Below, piece by piece: positions 62,600 to 64,000 of a stretch of 64,000 nt of DNA. Position 1 is the first letter of the stretch. Each line of letters begins with the position of its first letter. The notes beneath the pieces were generated by a model. The model saw only the letters and a list, made by a program, of their open reading frames with translations. It made no database searches and was not told where the DNA came from. Source of the DNA: Octopus sinensis (taxonomy: Eukaryota); contig NC_043000.1 in NCBI RefSeq assembly GCF_006345805.1, positions 64,046,001 to 64,110,000 on the forward strand, in the 5' to 3' direction. The translations under genes and the position numbers were made by a program.

Positions 62600-62800
62600 G
62601 ACCGTGTGTGTACCGTTGGCGATTTTTTTCCTCCGTCTTCCCTTCTTTGGATCTTTCCTTTTCTTATGTTCTGACGAAGAGCTCCGCTCGAAATGTTAAA
62701 CCCTCCTTCTTTCCTTCTTTCCTGAGCGTCCAATAATACTATACTTGTTCCATGTCCTCGCGTTGTGTTTTCTCTTTGTGTTTTCATGTTTGGATTAACT
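62600..62800 (+). repeat. (TA)n-embedded 200-bp repeat with minimal hammerhead-like motif (62668-62701)
   Basis: gtt-CTGACGA-a-gagc-tcc-gctc-GAAA-tgtta-aac. Confidence 0.75.
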
Positions 62801-63632
62801 ATATATATATATATATACCTTTATATTTTGAGCAATTCTCAAGCCTCCACTCTTCTTTTTATCATTTACTTTATGTTATTAGAACGACTTCTAACATCAT
62901 TGTGTACAACATGAAAGTCCTTTCCCCATTATGACTATAGGAGATGAGTTAAAAAGTACTTATATACAAGTACTTTTTACCTTTTACTCAATGACACTAT
63001 TCATTTCTTTCTCATGTCTTTGTTTAGTGGGAAATTTATACGCCTGATTGTACATTAGTTATTGCTGTATAAATATGAAAACTGGTATCTGTTTATTTTA
63101 ATTACTTATTAAACCATAAAAATGAGTGAGAGAGAGAGAGAGAGAGAGAGAGTAAAAAGCAACTTTAAAATGGTATTCTTTTTTATATAATGTATATTTT
63201 AAAAATAAGGTTAATGTAAAGTATTAGTAATTCACATGCTAATGGGTTCAGGCTTTGTTACAGTCTTTAGTTTATATTATTCTATTTATTTAGAGATGTA
63301 TGGACAATATTCATGCTGACTGCTACAAGTTGTCATAGAGTGATGTGCTCAATATTTGAACCTTTCTAAGTTAATATCTGTTTGAAAAACGTAAAGAAAG
63401 CTTTTATGTGGTCACTTGACCTGCTAGAAACACAGTCAAATCTCTCTGAAACTAAATTTTATTATTTTGAAGAAGGGAGGATACATTAGATAATATTGTT
63501 CTAAATATTCTAAAAAAAAAACAAAACAAAATGGTTGGATTGGTCATAGCTGAAAAGCCTTGGTATGAGCAGGGATTATACAACAACACTAAGAGCATAA
63601 GAAAAGAGACTTACAGTTTCAGGAGAAATGGT

Positions 63633-63712
63633 TGAATGTAATGTTTGATATAAGGTTTAGTATGATGCGATGAATGTAATGTTCGATATAAGGTTTAGTA
63701 AAGATGCGATGC
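63633..63712. repeat. Tandem duplication of about 38 bp
   Basis: tgaatgtaatgtt(t/c)gatataaggtttagta..gatgcga twice. Confidence 0.9.
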
Positions 63713-64000
63713 ATGAAGAGCTGTTTGGTACATCAAGTAAGCTTAGATAGTGGTGGAACAAAACATACAGATTACATCATATTCTGTGTGGTAAAGGGTG
63801 AAATTGCAAGTAAATCATCAGATAATTTATGAAAGGAAAATTCTAAAAATACCTTTATTGTTGTGTCGTCAATTTTTCAAGAAGTAATTAAGAATAAGAG
63901 TGAGCTTTTGGGTCATGAATTGGAATCTAACATTTGCAATATTATACATTGCATTCTTCAAAATAAGTATATGAATCTAACTGTTGTGGCCAGCCTAGTG

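Overview
AT-rich, repeat-dense eukaryotic DNA, not prokaryotic. The SINE and RTE families, the (GAT)n tails and the very dense (TA)n/(CA)n/(TATG)n microsatellites point to an octopus (coleoid cephalopod) genome; this is inferred from repeat content. Almost every ORF in the track is either a microsatellite artefact or a transposon remnant. Recognisable elements: a truncated Ty3/gypsy element with one LTR and a PPT (2667-5215), a Penelope-like GIY-YIG remnant (about 7408-7700), a Tc1 with perfect TIRs (13121-14282), several RTE LINE copies including one with an uninterrupted 547-aa RT ORF that carries a PHD-like finger (21648-23291), an RT-less RTE with three C2H2-like fingers (35715-38040), a split CR1-group LINE, mariner, maT-like and DD41D relics, a non-autonomous Helitron nested in a Tc1/mariner shell, a piggyBac-type MITE and many SINEs. 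No host gene can be named. A TE-free, CpG-retaining island (about 53.5-55.5 kb) holds a plausible first coding exon (53850-53914). The most interesting signal is a set of microsatellite-associated palindromic mini-elements whose arms carry hammerhead-ribozyme architecture in opposite orientations. The copy at 31160-31228 has an intact catalytic core, and another copy sits next to the Penelope-like remnant. All coordinates were read by eye and boundaries of old elements are approximate.
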